64,000 nt of DNA, taken from positions 224,001-288,000 of the forward strand of contig OZ223269.1 in NCBI GenBank assembly GCA_965140585.1, read 5' to 3'. The DNA comes from Spirochaetia bacterium. GTDB taxonomy: Bacteria > Spirochaetota > Spirochaetia > UBA9216. Shown here piece after piece: positions 49,548 through 59,552 of this stretch. Position numbers and translations under genes: made by a program. The notes below the pieces were generated by a model. It was not told the origin of the DNA and did no database searches. It worked only from the letters and a program-made list of their open reading frames with translations. Each line of letters begins with the position of its first letter. The stretch's first letter is position 1.

Positions 49548-50926
49548 ATAGAACCCGGATATAAGCATCTGCTTTTACCTTTGAAAGTTGAAAACGATAT
49601 GTTTAAAAACCGGATGGTTGCAGCCAGCTCTCTTCCGCTCTTTCTGCAGCTTGCTGATTCAATTCATTATCATGACTCAATCTCCTGTATGGGAATTTTT
49701 TGCCGGGCCGCCTTCTGCATATCCGCTTATGAAGTGGAAGGAAGCTGAACCTGTAAAAGTAAAGCCGGGTGAGCTTGCTCCTCCGCCGATGCGTGAGTTT
49801 TAGATTGAGATGATTTCCGGACATGGTAATCCGGAGGGCTATGATAAGGAGCCTCTTGATAAAATATGTGATTCATATGCTGAGCCGGCTTCTCTTCTGC
49901 AGATGCTTGGTTTCGATATTATAAGCATCTATTACTGCTACTGAGCTAACCTCCCGCCCAAGTTTATGTTATCCATAACAAAAAAAAGGACTGATGACTA
50001 CGGTGGAAGTCTGGAAAACAGAAAGAAATTCGCTGTATAAGTTTTAAAGCGGGTTCGAGAGAAGGTTGGTAAGAATTTCCTTATTAAAATAATCTGGTCA
50101 CAGGCAGGCGAAGAGGGTGGCTAAACCCTTGATGATGCTCATCCGACAGGATTTACACTAGAAGAAACTCTATTTATCGAAAAGGCCGCTTACATAAATA
50201 AGGCGGTTGGTGATGATCTTATTGTCGGAAGTACCGGCGGCTATCACTACATTGATACCTACGAGATGGCTCTTGCAGAAGGTTAGCTTGACCTGATTTA
50301 TGTTGCCAGAGCCTGGATATCCAAACCCGATTATATTGAAATTGTAAAAGAAGGACGGCCCGAGGATGTTATTCCCTGTATTCGAGGTAACAAGTGCCAC
50401 GTCCGCTGTGTAAATGATCCCTTCTTTTCTGTCTTTTCAGTTAACCCTATTATCGGGCTTGAGTATAAAATTGACCGGATTGTTTCTCCTGTAACCAGAA
50501 AGAAAAAGGTTGCAGTTGTCGGAGGCGGTGAAGTTGGAGTTGAAGCTGCCCTGCTGCTTGAAGAAAAAGGCTGTGAAGCAACAGTTCTTGAAATGAAGGA
50601 TGAGCTCGCCGCAGAAGCTACAAAAATTCACTACCATGAATTTCTTTACAGTATACTTGGAAAAACATAAAAATGCGCATGCTCTTCTGAATGTTAAAGT
50701 TGTAGAAATAAAAGACGGAGAAGTCCTTTACAGCGATTCTGACGAGAATATAAAATCAATTTCCTGTGACAATGTGGTTGTTTCTGCAGGTATGAAACTG
50801 CTTGAGGATGAAGCTCTGGATTTCTACGGAATAGCCGAAGAGTTCAATATTCTTACCGACTGCAGGAAACCTCCAACAGTACAGGAAGCTATTAGAAGCG
50901 CACTCAGTGCAGCTCACCGGTCATAG
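49548..50926 (+). pseudogene. OYE/BaiCD-type oxidoreductase pseudogene
   Basis: AAGGAG RBS plus ATA; YKHLL.P.KV....FKNRM, RTDDYGGSLENR, PCIRGNKCH, KKVAVVGGG joined to EVGVEAAL; several stops, frameshifts and deletions. Confidence 0.88.
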
Positions 50927-50988
50927 TCCGGGTTTTAAAAGAAAAAATTAAAACGGTAAAATCAGTCAGCCTTCAGGGGCGGCCTTTT

Positions 50989-52113
50989 TTATTTTAACCC
51001 AATAGCTTTGTTGAACTCATCAATACTATTATAACCTGCTGGGACAATGTCGTATTCCTTTGCAGGTTCAAGTCCCCGAAGAACCCTCAGGCCTCCGAGT
51101 GCAAGCGCTTCCATCTCCCTTTCACCGGGAAATATTTTTACAGGTGCGATGAACTCTATGCGCTCCGCGATTTTAGATGTAAATCTTATACTCAAGGCAC
51201 ATCCGCCGGTCAGTATGACCGCATCAATTTTTCCTTTTACAACCGGTGCAAGCTCTCCGATACCTTTTGCAATCTGATATGTCATTGCCTCATAGATAAG
51301 GGCCGCTTCTGTATCTCCTGAGTCAATCATCTTCTCCACGATACGCAGATCCTGGGTTCCGAACCAGGCAGTCAGACCTCCGGCTCCGGATAGCCGGTAC
51401 TTCATTTCCGCTTTACTGTATTTTCCGCTGTAACAGAGGCTGACCATAAAGCGGGTAGGGATGCGTCCCGCCCGCTGCGGAGACATTGGACCCATATCAT
51501 CATAAACACTGTCTATGATTTTACCGCCGCTGTGAATATTGATTGATATTCCGCCGCCTAGGTGTGCTACTATAAAATTGCATTCTTCATAGGGTTTTCC
51601 AATTATGTCAGCAGTTTCCCGGGCCACTTTTCTTGTGTTAAGAACATGGCTTACAGGTACTATTTTTACCTCGGGTAATCCGGTAATTTTTGCCTCAGGG
51701 ATAAATTCATCCGACCCCGGTGCATCATAAATAATTACCGGTGTGTTATAAGGACGTGATAATTCATAACCAATCAGACAGGACAGGGTGCTTGCATGCT
51801 GAGCCATCGGAGCGTATCGCAGTGTATTCATCATCAGCTCGTTTACCGCATAAGCGCCTGCTTCACTCGGAGGTATAGGCCCGCCTCTGCCAACTATAAT
51901 ATCAAAAGAAGCAGGCTCAATATTATTTTTACGAAGAAATTCAGTGACCATTTCAGTACGCATTTCAAACTGATCAAGAACAAACTTCAAATCTTGAATA
52001 TCTTCAGAATTGATTGTCAGCTCTTCCTTGAAGATCACTTTTTCATCTTCGAATAATGCGATTTTACAGGAGGTTGAACCGTTATTGATTACAAAAATTT
52101 TTCTGCTTTCCAT
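50989..52113 (-). CDS. buk: Butyrate kinase family acyl kinase
   Basis: INNGSTSCK, GRGG, AHLGGGIS, GPMSP.RAG, ILTGG, PGE.EM.AL. Confidence 0.92.
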   Translation of the reverse strand: MESRKIFVINNGSTSCKIALFEDEKVIFKEELTINSEDIQDLKFVLDQFEMRTEMVTEFLRKNNIEPASFDIIVGRGGPIPPSEAGAYAVNELMMNTLRYAPMAQHASTLSCLIGYELSRPYNTPVIIYDAPGSDEFIPEAKITGLPEVKIVPVSHVLNTRKVARETADIIGKPYEECNFIVAHLGGGISINIHSGGKIIDSVYDDMGPMSPQRAGRIPTRFMVSLCYSGKYSKAEMKYRLSGAGGLTAWFGTQDLRIVEKMIDSGDTEAALIYEAMTYQIAKGIGELAPVVKGKIDAVILTGGCALSIRFTSKIAERIEFIAPVKIFPGEREMEALALGGLRVLRGLEPAKEYDIVPAGYNSIDEFNKAIGLK

Positions 52114-52324
52114 ATATGCCCTTAAAAAAAGTATTCAGGATAAAAGATCAATATAATCATCTGTCTGAAGTTCAATAATGATTGGAACAAACAGCTATAA
52201 TTTTCTTGATATGATTACTTTAATGTAATAAACTTTAATAGTTTAATTCTTTTGAATTATCATGAAAAGGCTTTTACAGTCTTTAGATTAACTTTGATAA
52301 ATAATTTAAGGAGAATATATTATT

Positions 52325-53221
52325 ATGGCAAAGAAAACCATTATTACTGCTGCAATAACCGGAGCTGTAACACCGGCCGGTTTTGATATTCCGGCAACAC
52401 CGGAGGATATTGCAAAGACTGCATACGAAGTCTGGAAACTTGGAGCAGCTGTAGTTCACCTTCATATGAGAGATGAAGAGGGACTTGGCACAATGGATGC
52501 TGGGAGATTCAAGAAAACTATTAAACTTATCCGTGAGTATAAGGATTGTGATGTTGTTATAAACTGTACTTCTTCAGGCGACAACCGTGTTTCAGGCGGT
52601 GACCCCGAAGGTAATGCAATCAGAATGCTTCACCATAAAACACTCGACGGAATTGAGATGGGGTCATTTGATGCAGGCTCATTCAACTGGATGCCCGGCG
52701 GAGTATTTATGAATACTCCTCAGTTCCTCAAAGAACTTGCTGATGTTTATACTGAAAGGAATATTAAACCTGAGATTGAAATCTTTGATGCAGGAATGCT
52801 GGGAGTTACAAACTACTACGTGAAGAAGGGCAACCTTCAGACTCCGCTTCACTACCAGTTCTGTCTCGGTGTTCTTGGTGCAATGCCTGCAGAAGTAGAA
52901 AACCTGATGTATCTCCTTGACCACATTCCTGCAGGTTCAACATGGTCTGCTTTCGGTGTAGGTAAGGGGCATATGCCAATAATGTATGCCGCACTTGCCA
53001 TGGGCGGTCATATTCGTGTCGGTATGGAAGACAATGTTGTATACAGTGTAGAAGAAGACGGCACAAAGATTAAAGCTACCAACCAGATGCTGGTGGAAAG
53101 AGCAGTAGGTGCCGTTAAGGCTTTCGGAAACGAACCTGCAACTCCTGCTGAAGCAAGAGAAATCCTCGGCATCAAACCCTTCGATGGTGATGCTGTAAGA
53201 AAGCAGCTTGGTATAGCTTAA
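52325..53221 (+). CDS. Beta-keto acid cleavage enzyme (BKACE/DUF849, Kce family)
   Basis: IITAAITGA, HLHMRD, NCTSSG, KPEIEIFD.G, W.A.G.G, HIRVGMED, ATP.EAR.ILG. Confidence 0.93.
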   Translation: MAKKTIITAAITGAVTPAGFDIPATPEDIAKTAYEVWKLGAAVVHLHMRDEEGLGTMDAGRFKKTIKLIREYKDCDVVINCTSSGDNRVSGGDPEGNAIRMLHHKTLDGIEMGSFDAGSFNWMPGGVFMNTPQFLKELADVYTERNIKPEIEIFDAGMLGVTNYYVKKGNLQTPLHYQFCLGVLGAMPAEVENLMYLLDHIPAGSTWSAFGVGKGHMPIMYAALAMGGHIRVGMEDNVVYSVEEDGTKIKATNQMLVERAVGAVKAFGNEPATPAEAREILGIKPFDGDAVRKQLGIA

Positions 53222-53223
53222 GC

Positions 53224-53311
53224 AAAAAAAGAGGAACCTGAAAATCATCAGGTTCCTCCTTTTGATATTAAAATATCAAAAGCACCCTGACTTCGTTCAG
53301 GGTGCTTTTTT
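53224..53311. terminator. Two tandem terminator hairpins between convergent genes
   Basis: GAGGAACCTGA/TCAGGTTCCTC and AAAAGCACCCTGA/TCAGGGTGCTTTT. Confidence 0.85.
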
Positions 53312-53314
53312 ATG

Positions 53315-55276
53315 TCATAGAATATCCATGGCAGCACAGAATCCTTCATAGGTGGCCTGCTTAATTAACCTTGGGGTAACACAGTCACCGACTTGGTAAA
53401 ATAGCGGTGCGCTGAATCTAAGCTTTTCAACTGTTGATAAATTTGATTTCATACCTATTGCATAGATGATGTTGTCGGCATCAATCTTCTGCTCTGTTTT
53501 ATCCTCATTAAGGTATCTTACTCCATCGGCTTCAATCTCTGTTACCCTAACATTGCATTTCCATTCAAGCAGTTTTGCCATTCTCGGAATAAGTGCTCTG
53601 CGGTGACTGTCATTGCCGTCCTTTGCAATATCATCAAGCATTTCAAGAACTGTTACTTCATGCCCATTCTCAGCAAGATGAAGTGCGGTTTCGCAGCCGA
53701 CCAGGCCTCCTCCTACGACTGTTATCTTTTTACCCAGTTTATCTGGATCGGTGTATGCATAAAAAGCGTGTTCCGCGTTTTCTATTCCTGCAATCGGCGG
53801 AACTGCAGGTTCTGAACCGACCGCGCATATAAGGGCATAGGGATTTTTGGACTTTACATAAGACTCATCTGCTTCCGTGTTAAGTTCAATTTTTACTCCG
53901 GCCCTCTCAGCCCGGATGATAAGTGAATCCCTGTATCTTGCAAGATCATTTTTATGTTCCTCAAGATCTGTAAACCATAGATGCCCCCCCAGCCGGTTCT
54001 TCTTCTCTGCAAGTGTGACTTTGTGACCTCTTTCTGCTGCGGTGATCGCAGCATACAGTCCTCCGACTCCGCCGCCTACCACGAGTACGTCTCTTGAGGC
54101 TTTAGGGGCCGGAGCCTGTCGCCATCTGAGTTCTCTGCCGGCCCAGGGGTTAACTGTGCAGTGCCATGGAAGTGCTACGTTGCGTGCCTCCGGATCTGAA
54201 GGCAGGGGATTAAAGCAGGAACATCTCTGGCAGGGGGCAATCTCGTCCTCTTTACCTACAAGGGTTTTATTCACGAAGTCGGGGTCGGCAAACTGCTGTC
54301 TTCCCATTGCGACAAAGTCGCAGAGCTCTTCACCTATTACCCGGTCTATGAGTTTTGGATCATTAAAACCTCCGACGGCAACAACCGGAATGCTGACTGC
54401 TTTTTTAATTGTTGCTGCAAGATTTACATTGCATCCATGCTTATCGAACATGGATGAAAAAGCCTTTGTTTCAACATGGGAATGGTATATTCCGGCAGTT
54501 ACATGAATAAGGTCGACTTTGCTTTCTATAATTTTACAGAACTCTGCAGTCTCTTCGAGCCCCATCCCGCCGTCTACTCTTTCATCGCCTGAAACACGGT
54601 ATTCTATAAGGAAGTCTTCACCGACTTCTTTTCTTACACGATCGAGAACGAGCAGCGGAAACCTGGCTCTGTTTTCAAGTGTTCCTCCCCACTTGTCAGT
54701 ACGCTTGTTTGACAGGGGAGATGTAAACTGTGATAAAAGCCATCCATGTCCTCCATGCAGCATAACCATATCAAAGCCAAGAGCCTTGGCATTGCCGCAG
54801 ACATTTGCAAAATTATCCGCAACCCTGTTCATCATTTCCTCATCCATCCTGTCAATCTGAACACCATCGAAACGTGTGAAAGCAGAAGGTCCGATCGGGT
54901 TTCGATGACCGATACAGGTATCCGGATGATTCACATTTCCAACATGGTTGAACTGAATCGAAGCGACTGCACCGTGCGCCTTAATAGCTTCCGTCAGAAT
55001 AGCGATAGCTTCCATGTGGTAGGTGGTCATATTGTTGGATACAAGATCAAGCCCGTGTTCATGACGGGCTGCAAATTCAAAATCAACAAAACTTTCTGTA
55101 AGGGTTACCTGAGCAAAGCCTCCCCGTGCTTTTGTTTCATAAACATCAATGGCTTCGGGTGTCGGGGCTCCGTCAATAGCAATTCTGTTTGTAGTTACCG
55201 GTGATGCCAGCACCCTGTTTTTGAAATAGGTATTTTTTATTTTGACGGGGCTGAACATATTTTTATATTTATGCAT
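53315..55276 (-). CDS. OYE-family FMN/[4Fe-4S]/FAD oxidoreductase
   Basis: HGGHGWLLSQF.SP..N.RTD.WGG; Cx2CxCx18C; GGGVGG and GGGLVG motifs. Confidence 0.92.
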   Translation of the reverse strand: MHKYKNMFSPVKIKNTYFKNRVLASPVTTNRIAIDGAPTPEAIDVYETKARGGFAQVTLTESFVDFEFAARHEHGLDLVSNNMTTYHMEAIAILTEAIKAHGAVASIQFNHVGNVNHPDTCIGHRNPIGPSAFTRFDGVQIDRMDEEMMNRVADNFANVCGNAKALGFDMVMLHGGHGWLLSQFTSPLSNKRTDKWGGTLENRARFPLLVLDRVRKEVGEDFLIEYRVSGDERVDGGMGLEETAEFCKIIESKVDLIHVTAGIYHSHVETKAFSSMFDKHGCNVNLAATIKKAVSIPVVAVGGFNDPKLIDRVIGEELCDFVAMGRQQFADPDFVNKTLVGKEDEIAPCQRCSCFNPLPSDPEARNVALPWHCTVNPWAGRELRWRQAPAPKASRDVLVVGGGVGGLYAAITAAERGHKVTLAEKKNRLGGHLWFTDLEEHKNDLARYRDSLIIRAERAGVKIELNTEADESYVKSKNPYALICAVGSEPAVPPIAGIENAEHAFYAYTDPDKLGKKITVVGGGLVGCETALHLAENGHEVTVLEMLDDIAKDGNDSHRRALIPRMAKLLEWKCNVRVTEIEADGVRYLNEDKTEQKIDADNIIYAIGMKSNLSTVEKLRFSAPLFYQVGDCVTPRLIKQATYEGFCAAMDIL

Positions 55277-55387
55277 ATTTTCTATCCTTTTCTAATTATT
55301 GTATATAAAAACCCTGTCGCTTGATAGTTCGACAGGGAATATACTAAAAATTCAATGAGTTTCGGATCAAATGAATCCGATAGGAGT

Positions 55388-56716
55388 CTAAAGTGATGGG
55401 AACAGGGTGAAAAGCACTGCAACAACAAGTGCCGCTACCATTGTCCATATTACTGTACACATAAAGATCGGAAAGTATCCTTCTTTGTGTTTTAAGCCTG
55501 CCATATTGAGCATTATTATTATTGCTCCCTGGAAAGGAAGAGTATCAAAGGTTGTTGCGGATGTTGTCGCGATTCTGTGTAATGCTTCTGGTGAAATTGT
55601 TAAGGATGCTGCAAGCACAGGAATAACTATCTGCAGACCGGCAGGGGGACTTCCTGTAAGACCAACAAGAATTGTAACTGCAAGGAGCACTAATAAGGTA
55701 GCAGGTATGTTTAAACCAAGGGTTCCATCAACAATCCCCTGATAGGTAGGGGTTGTCTGTACAACAGTTGCAAAGCCAACAATTATTCCACCCAGAAATA
55801 ATGATTCCGCAGTACTCTTACCTCCAATATTTAATGTATTGATTACCGTTCTTGATCTTGATGAATTATCCTGCGGGATAATATTGTTATACATAAGAAT
55901 TAACGACAGAAAAAATCCGGCGGTAAGGGAAATAAGCAGGTTATTTAAGATATTAAATAATATGATAACTGAGATCAGAGGCACTAGGGATTTCCAAAAA
56001 TTAGGATACAATTGGGGATCTCTTTCTACAGGGATTGGAAGAGGTCCGAAGTCAAATGTTTCTCCTGCAGCAGTAGCTTTATGTATAGATTTTGTAAGAT
56101 ATAACCCTCCTCCTGCAACCATTATTACTGAAGCAACGATTCCTGGTATCAAGCCTGAATAGGCTGATGTACCGAGAATGCCCATTGGTATATAATTTGT
56201 TACGAGAGGAGCTCCAGGTGTCAACGCTGCTGTTGAAACTCCGCATGTGATAAGTCCCACAAGGTATTTCCTGGGTATGTTTGCTTCTTTACAAACTGTA
56301 AGCATTACCGGAAACAGGGTGAAAAGCGCACAAAACGTATCAATACCGCCATAACACATAATCCAGCTTACTGCTATACAGATATAAACAGCAATCGTCT
56401 GTTTTTTTGAGGCAGAAGCTTTGCTTGCAAATGTTTTCATAAGTGTTTTTGCAATGTTACCTGCTGCCCCGGAATCTATATAAATCCTGCCCATCAATAT
56501 GGAGAGCAGGAAAATGGGAAACAATGCTCCAATAAATCCGGTAGTTCCGCCTATAAAGGGACCAGTTATGGCGGTTAAAGGGTTGATGCCATGGACAGCA
56601 GCTACGAAGATAGCACACAGAGGGGCAATGTACATTACGGAAAAACCCTTGAATGAAAAGAAAATCAGGGCACCGAATGCAACGATTATCGAAACCGCTC
56701 CTATGAAAGTGATCAT
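55388..56716 (-). CDS. GntP-like (IT superfamily) organic-acid permease
   Basis: Start moved to MITFIG (AAGGAG RBS); SGAA..IA, YGGI..F, PG.P...N.IP, GLTGS...G, HR.......DTLP..GA. Confidence 0.85.
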   Translation of the reverse strand: MITFIGAVSIIVAFGALIFFSFKGFSVMYIAPLCAIFVAAVHGINPLTAITGPFIGGTTGFIGALFPIFLLSILMGRIYIDSGAAGNIAKTLMKTFASKASASKKQTIAVYICIAVSWIMCYGGIDTFCALFTLFPVMLTVCKEANIPRKYLVGLITCGVSTAALTPGAPLVTNYIPMGILGTSAYSGLIPGIVASVIMVAGGGLYLTKSIHKATAAGETFDFGPLPIPVERDPQLYPNFWKSLVPLISVIILFNILNNLLISLTAGFFLSLILMYNNIIPQDNSSRSRTVINTLNIGGKSTAESLFLGGIIVGFATVVQTTPTYQGIVDGTLGLNIPATLLVLLAVTILVGLTGSPPAGLQIVIPVLAASLTISPEALHRIATTSATTFDTLPFQGAIIIMLNMAGLKHKEGYFPIFMCTVIWTMVAALVVAVLFTLFPSL

Positions 56717-56821
56717 TTTTTTCTCCTTGAAAATTTTTATTTGATTAGGAGAAAATGCTAACATGGTTTTTTTTATCTGAGAAGAACGCACTTTTTGGTA
56801 ACTATTGGAAAAAGAGGTGGT

Positions 56822-57256
56822 TTATTTCTGTTTTTTAAACGGTGAATCCATTATCTTTTCATCCGGCTCACGATAGCCGTGCCACATCTCTCCAAGCGGG
56901 TCTATATCAAGACACTTTCTGCTCATATCTTTCCAACCCCAGTCATAGAGGGTTTCCAGGATCGGTATAATTGTCTTTCCGGATTCTGTCAGTCTGTACT
57001 CTACCCTTGGAGGAACTTCGTGGTAGACAATTCGTTCAATGATACCGTCATCCTCCAATTCCCGAAGGTTAGCTGTTAATACCTTATGAGAGATAGGCAG
57101 CTGCCTTGTAAAACGGTTAAATCGTGTCGCATTATCAAATCGAATCGCAGCGATTATGAATGGCTTCCATCTGTTTAGAAAGGTTTTCATTGTATGAATA
57201 TATGGATCATTTTTTATAGAGAGGCTTTGTTCTTGCTTTGCTTCCGTCATTCCCAT
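56822..57256 (-). CDS. HxlR/DUF24 winged-helix regulator
   Basis: RWK..I, RF, IS.KVL...LRELE.DGII.R.VY.EVPPRVEY.LT..G. Confidence 0.93.
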   Translation of the reverse strand: MGMTEAKQEQSLSIKNDPYIHTMKTFLNRWKPFIIAAIRFDNATRFNRFTRQLPISHKVLTANLRELEDDGIIERIVYHEVPPRVEYRLTESGKTIIPILETLYDWGWKDMSRKCLDIDPLGEMWHGYREPDEKIMDSPFKKQK

Positions 57257-57264
57257 ATCCTGTT

Positions 57265-59292
57265 TTATTGTCTCAAGCTTTCCGCGGCATCGTTAGCAGT
57301 CTTAATTGCTGTGACAAGGTTCCCTGCGGCTGAAGCGTCACCGATGATGTTAAGATTCTCCACCTTTCCTTCAAGTATGGAAAATAGGCTGTCGTTTTTG
57401 ATAAAGGATTCGGTTTCAATAAGAGAATCCGCTTTTATGCTGCGTTCGCCGTCATGGGTTGAGTAGTTAATCATTCCGCCCTTTATGCCTGTGATCTGAG
57501 CTTCGGTGATAATTTTTATACCGATCTTCTTAAGCGCCATGAGTACAGACCATCTGGTGCTCGGCCCTATATCCTTTGCTGCCTTGGGGTGCTTTCCTAT
57601 AAGTGTAATATTACGTGAGGTAGAAAGTGCCAGCTCATAAAGCCAGCCCGGATCTTCAGCCTGATGCGCAATCAGAAACTTTAACTGATATCCGCTCAGG
57701 GTTCCGGCTTTGGCTAATTTTAAGGAGGTCCATATTGCCGGCCCGTTTACCCCGTGAATGACAACATCCTTTCCGATATCAGGTCTGAGGGTATCGATAT
57801 CACTGCAGTGAATTTGAGGCAGGCTATCGTCAGTGCTGAAAACGCTGTTCACAGGGAGCTTGCCTGCTGCGATTACAACACGGTTAAAACCTTCATTCTT
57901 AACTGTATTTAAAATGTATTCTGAATCTGCTTCAATTCCGGTTTTCAGTTCTACACCGCTGTCAATGCAAGCCTGCTGCAGGTAATTTGCAAAGTATCTG
58001 AAATCTCTTCTGCCGGGTGTATTTGCTGCAATATTGAGCTGTCCCCCCGTCTTTACACTTTTTTCAATTATGGTAACGGAATGACCCTGTTCTGAAGCAA
58101 GCCTTGCGAATTCCATGCCGGCCGGACCCGCACCTATTACCATGATTTTTTCAGCATTTTCCGGCTTCAGGTTCTCGCTTTTCTTGAAAGCTGTTTCTCT
58201 TCCTGCACGATAATTAATAACACAATTAATCTTCTTACCGTAGAATATGTGATCCATGCAGGCCTGATTGCATCCGATACATCTTCTTATCTGTGCGTAG
58301 TTCCCGGCTTCAGCTTTCTTAGGAAAATCAGGATCTGCAAGAAAGCTTCTGGCGAATCCTATAAAATCGGCATCTCCCTCATCCACCAGTCTCTCTGCAG
58401 TTTCCGGATTCATCCTGTTGCATATCGAAACCGGTACAGATACCGCTTCCTTAATTCTTCTTCCCAGGTATGCAAATGTTCCATGAGGGAGATCCATTGT
58501 GAGCTGTGGAACTGAGGTCTCATGCCAGCCGCCGGTTATGTTGAAGGCATCAACGCCTTTTTTTTCAAGCATCTGACAAACCTTGATAACATCTGCGTTT
58601 TTGTTGCCGCCGGGTATGAAATCGTTCCCTCCTACCCTGAACATGAGGGGGTAGTCAGACCCTACCGCCTTTCTGACGGCATCAGTAAGTTCAAGTACAA
58701 ATGTCATCCGCTGTTCCAGGTCACCGCCGAATCTGTCTTTTCTTAAGTTTGTAACAGCGGAAAGAAACTGAGCAGGCAGGTAGCCGGAAGCTGCCGTTAT
58801 TTCAATGCCGTCAAAACCGGCTTTTTTAGCCCTGACCGCAGTGTCGACATACCAGCTGATAATTTCCTCAACCTCTGCAGTGCTCAGTTCGGTCGGGGTT
58901 TCACCTGTGAATCTGCTGGGTACGGCTGACGGAGCAACACCTGCAACTCCGTTATATTCGGCCGAGCGGCCGTATCTTCCCGGATGGTAAAGCTGTACAA
59001 AACAGCTTGCGCCCTCATCATGAATCATTGATGCAAGTTCAGAAATGCCGGGTATGAATTTATCATTGTAAAGCTGAACCATGTTGTGCGTATTTACTCT
59101 TACCGGATCAATGCCTGTTGCTCCGACTATTATTAATCCGGCTCCGCCTCGTGCCCGTAGTCTGAAATATTCCATTACTGAATAATTAATAAATCCGTCT
59201 GAAGTCAGAGCGGTATGCATGGCCGTCATAATAATACGGTTTTTTATTTCTGTTTTACCGATATTTGCCTTCGAATAAAGTTTTGATATCAT
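57265..59292 (-). CDS. fadH: 2,4-dienoyl-CoA reductase-like flavo-Fe-S enzyme
   Basis: Start moved to MISKLYS; MHT, SGYL..QF, GWHE...P, CIGCNQACMDH.F....C, G.STRW; second dinucleotide motif degenerate. Confidence 0.8.
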   Translation of the reverse strand: MISKLYSKANIGKTEIKNRIIMTAMHTALTSDGFINYSVMEYFRLRARGGAGLIIVGATGIDPVRVNTHNMVQLYNDKFIPGISELASMIHDEGASCFVQLYHPGRYGRSAEYNGVAGVAPSAVPSRFTGETPTELSTAEVEEIISWYVDTAVRAKKAGFDGIEITAASGYLPAQFLSAVTNLRKDRFGGDLEQRMTFVLELTDAVRKAVGSDYPLMFRVGGNDFIPGGNKNADVIKVCQMLEKKGVDAFNITGGWHETSVPQLTMDLPHGTFAYLGRRIKEAVSVPVSICNRMNPETAERLVDEGDADFIGFARSFLADPDFPKKAEAGNYAQIRRCIGCNQACMDHIFYGKKINCVINYRAGRETAFKKSENLKPENAEKIMVIGAGPAGMEFARLASEQGHSVTIIEKSVKTGGQLNIAANTPGRRDFRYFANYLQQACIDSGVELKTGIEADSEYILNTVKNEGFNRVVIAAGKLPVNSVFSTDDSLPQIHCSDIDTLRPDIGKDVVIHGVNGPAIWTSLKLAKAGTLSGYQLKFLIAHQAEDPGWLYELALSTSRNITLIGKHPKAAKDIGPSTRWSVLMALKKIGIKIITEAQITGIKGGMINYSTHDGERSIKADSLIETESFIKNDSLFSILEGKVENLNIIGDASAAGNLVTAIKTANDAAESLRQ

Positions 59293-59387
59293 TTTTATAC
59301 CTCTCTGATCTGATATTTTTAATGTTAACAGAAGAACTCTGAATACAACAATATTAATCTTAATATATATTTTTAAACATACCGCCA

Positions 59388-59451
59388 TATAAATTTGAAG
59401 GCTGAAAGTACAATATTGAAAGTAGCCGTCAAAAAAACTATCACATATAAT
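59388..59451 (+). promoter_or_regulatory. Promoter with shared upstream box, copy C
   Basis: TATAAATTTGAAGGCTGAAAGTACAATATTGAAAG-TAGCCG-17-TATAAT. Confidence 0.75.
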
Positions 59452-59552
59452 AATCTCAACATGAAACAACAATATCGGTTCACGCATTGTCTTTCTGGAA
59501 AGGAACTGTTTTGCTGTTTTTTGATAAACAATAGAATTCAGGAATAAATTTT

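Noticed and set aside
40432-50926. Selenocysteine or stop-codon recoding to explain interrupted ORFs
   Set aside because: Interruptions include TAA, TAG, frameshifts and large deletions; the UGSC motif itself is missing
52325-53221. Lysine fermentation kce
   Set aside because: Lacks the TGAE Glu, and no kamA/kamDE/kdd/kal genes are in the window
34331-59292. bai operon, bilirubin reductase or aryl-CoA reductase calls for the OYEs
   Set aside because: No HGDR motif; no baiB/baiE/baiF-type partners or CoA ligase; only the family architecture is supported
59293-59487. 65-aa N-terminal extension of the FadH-like ORF (similar extensions at 3004, 31968, 47681, 56791)
   Set aside because: Extensions run through promoter or intergenic DNA; downstream starts fit family N-termini and in most cases have an RBS
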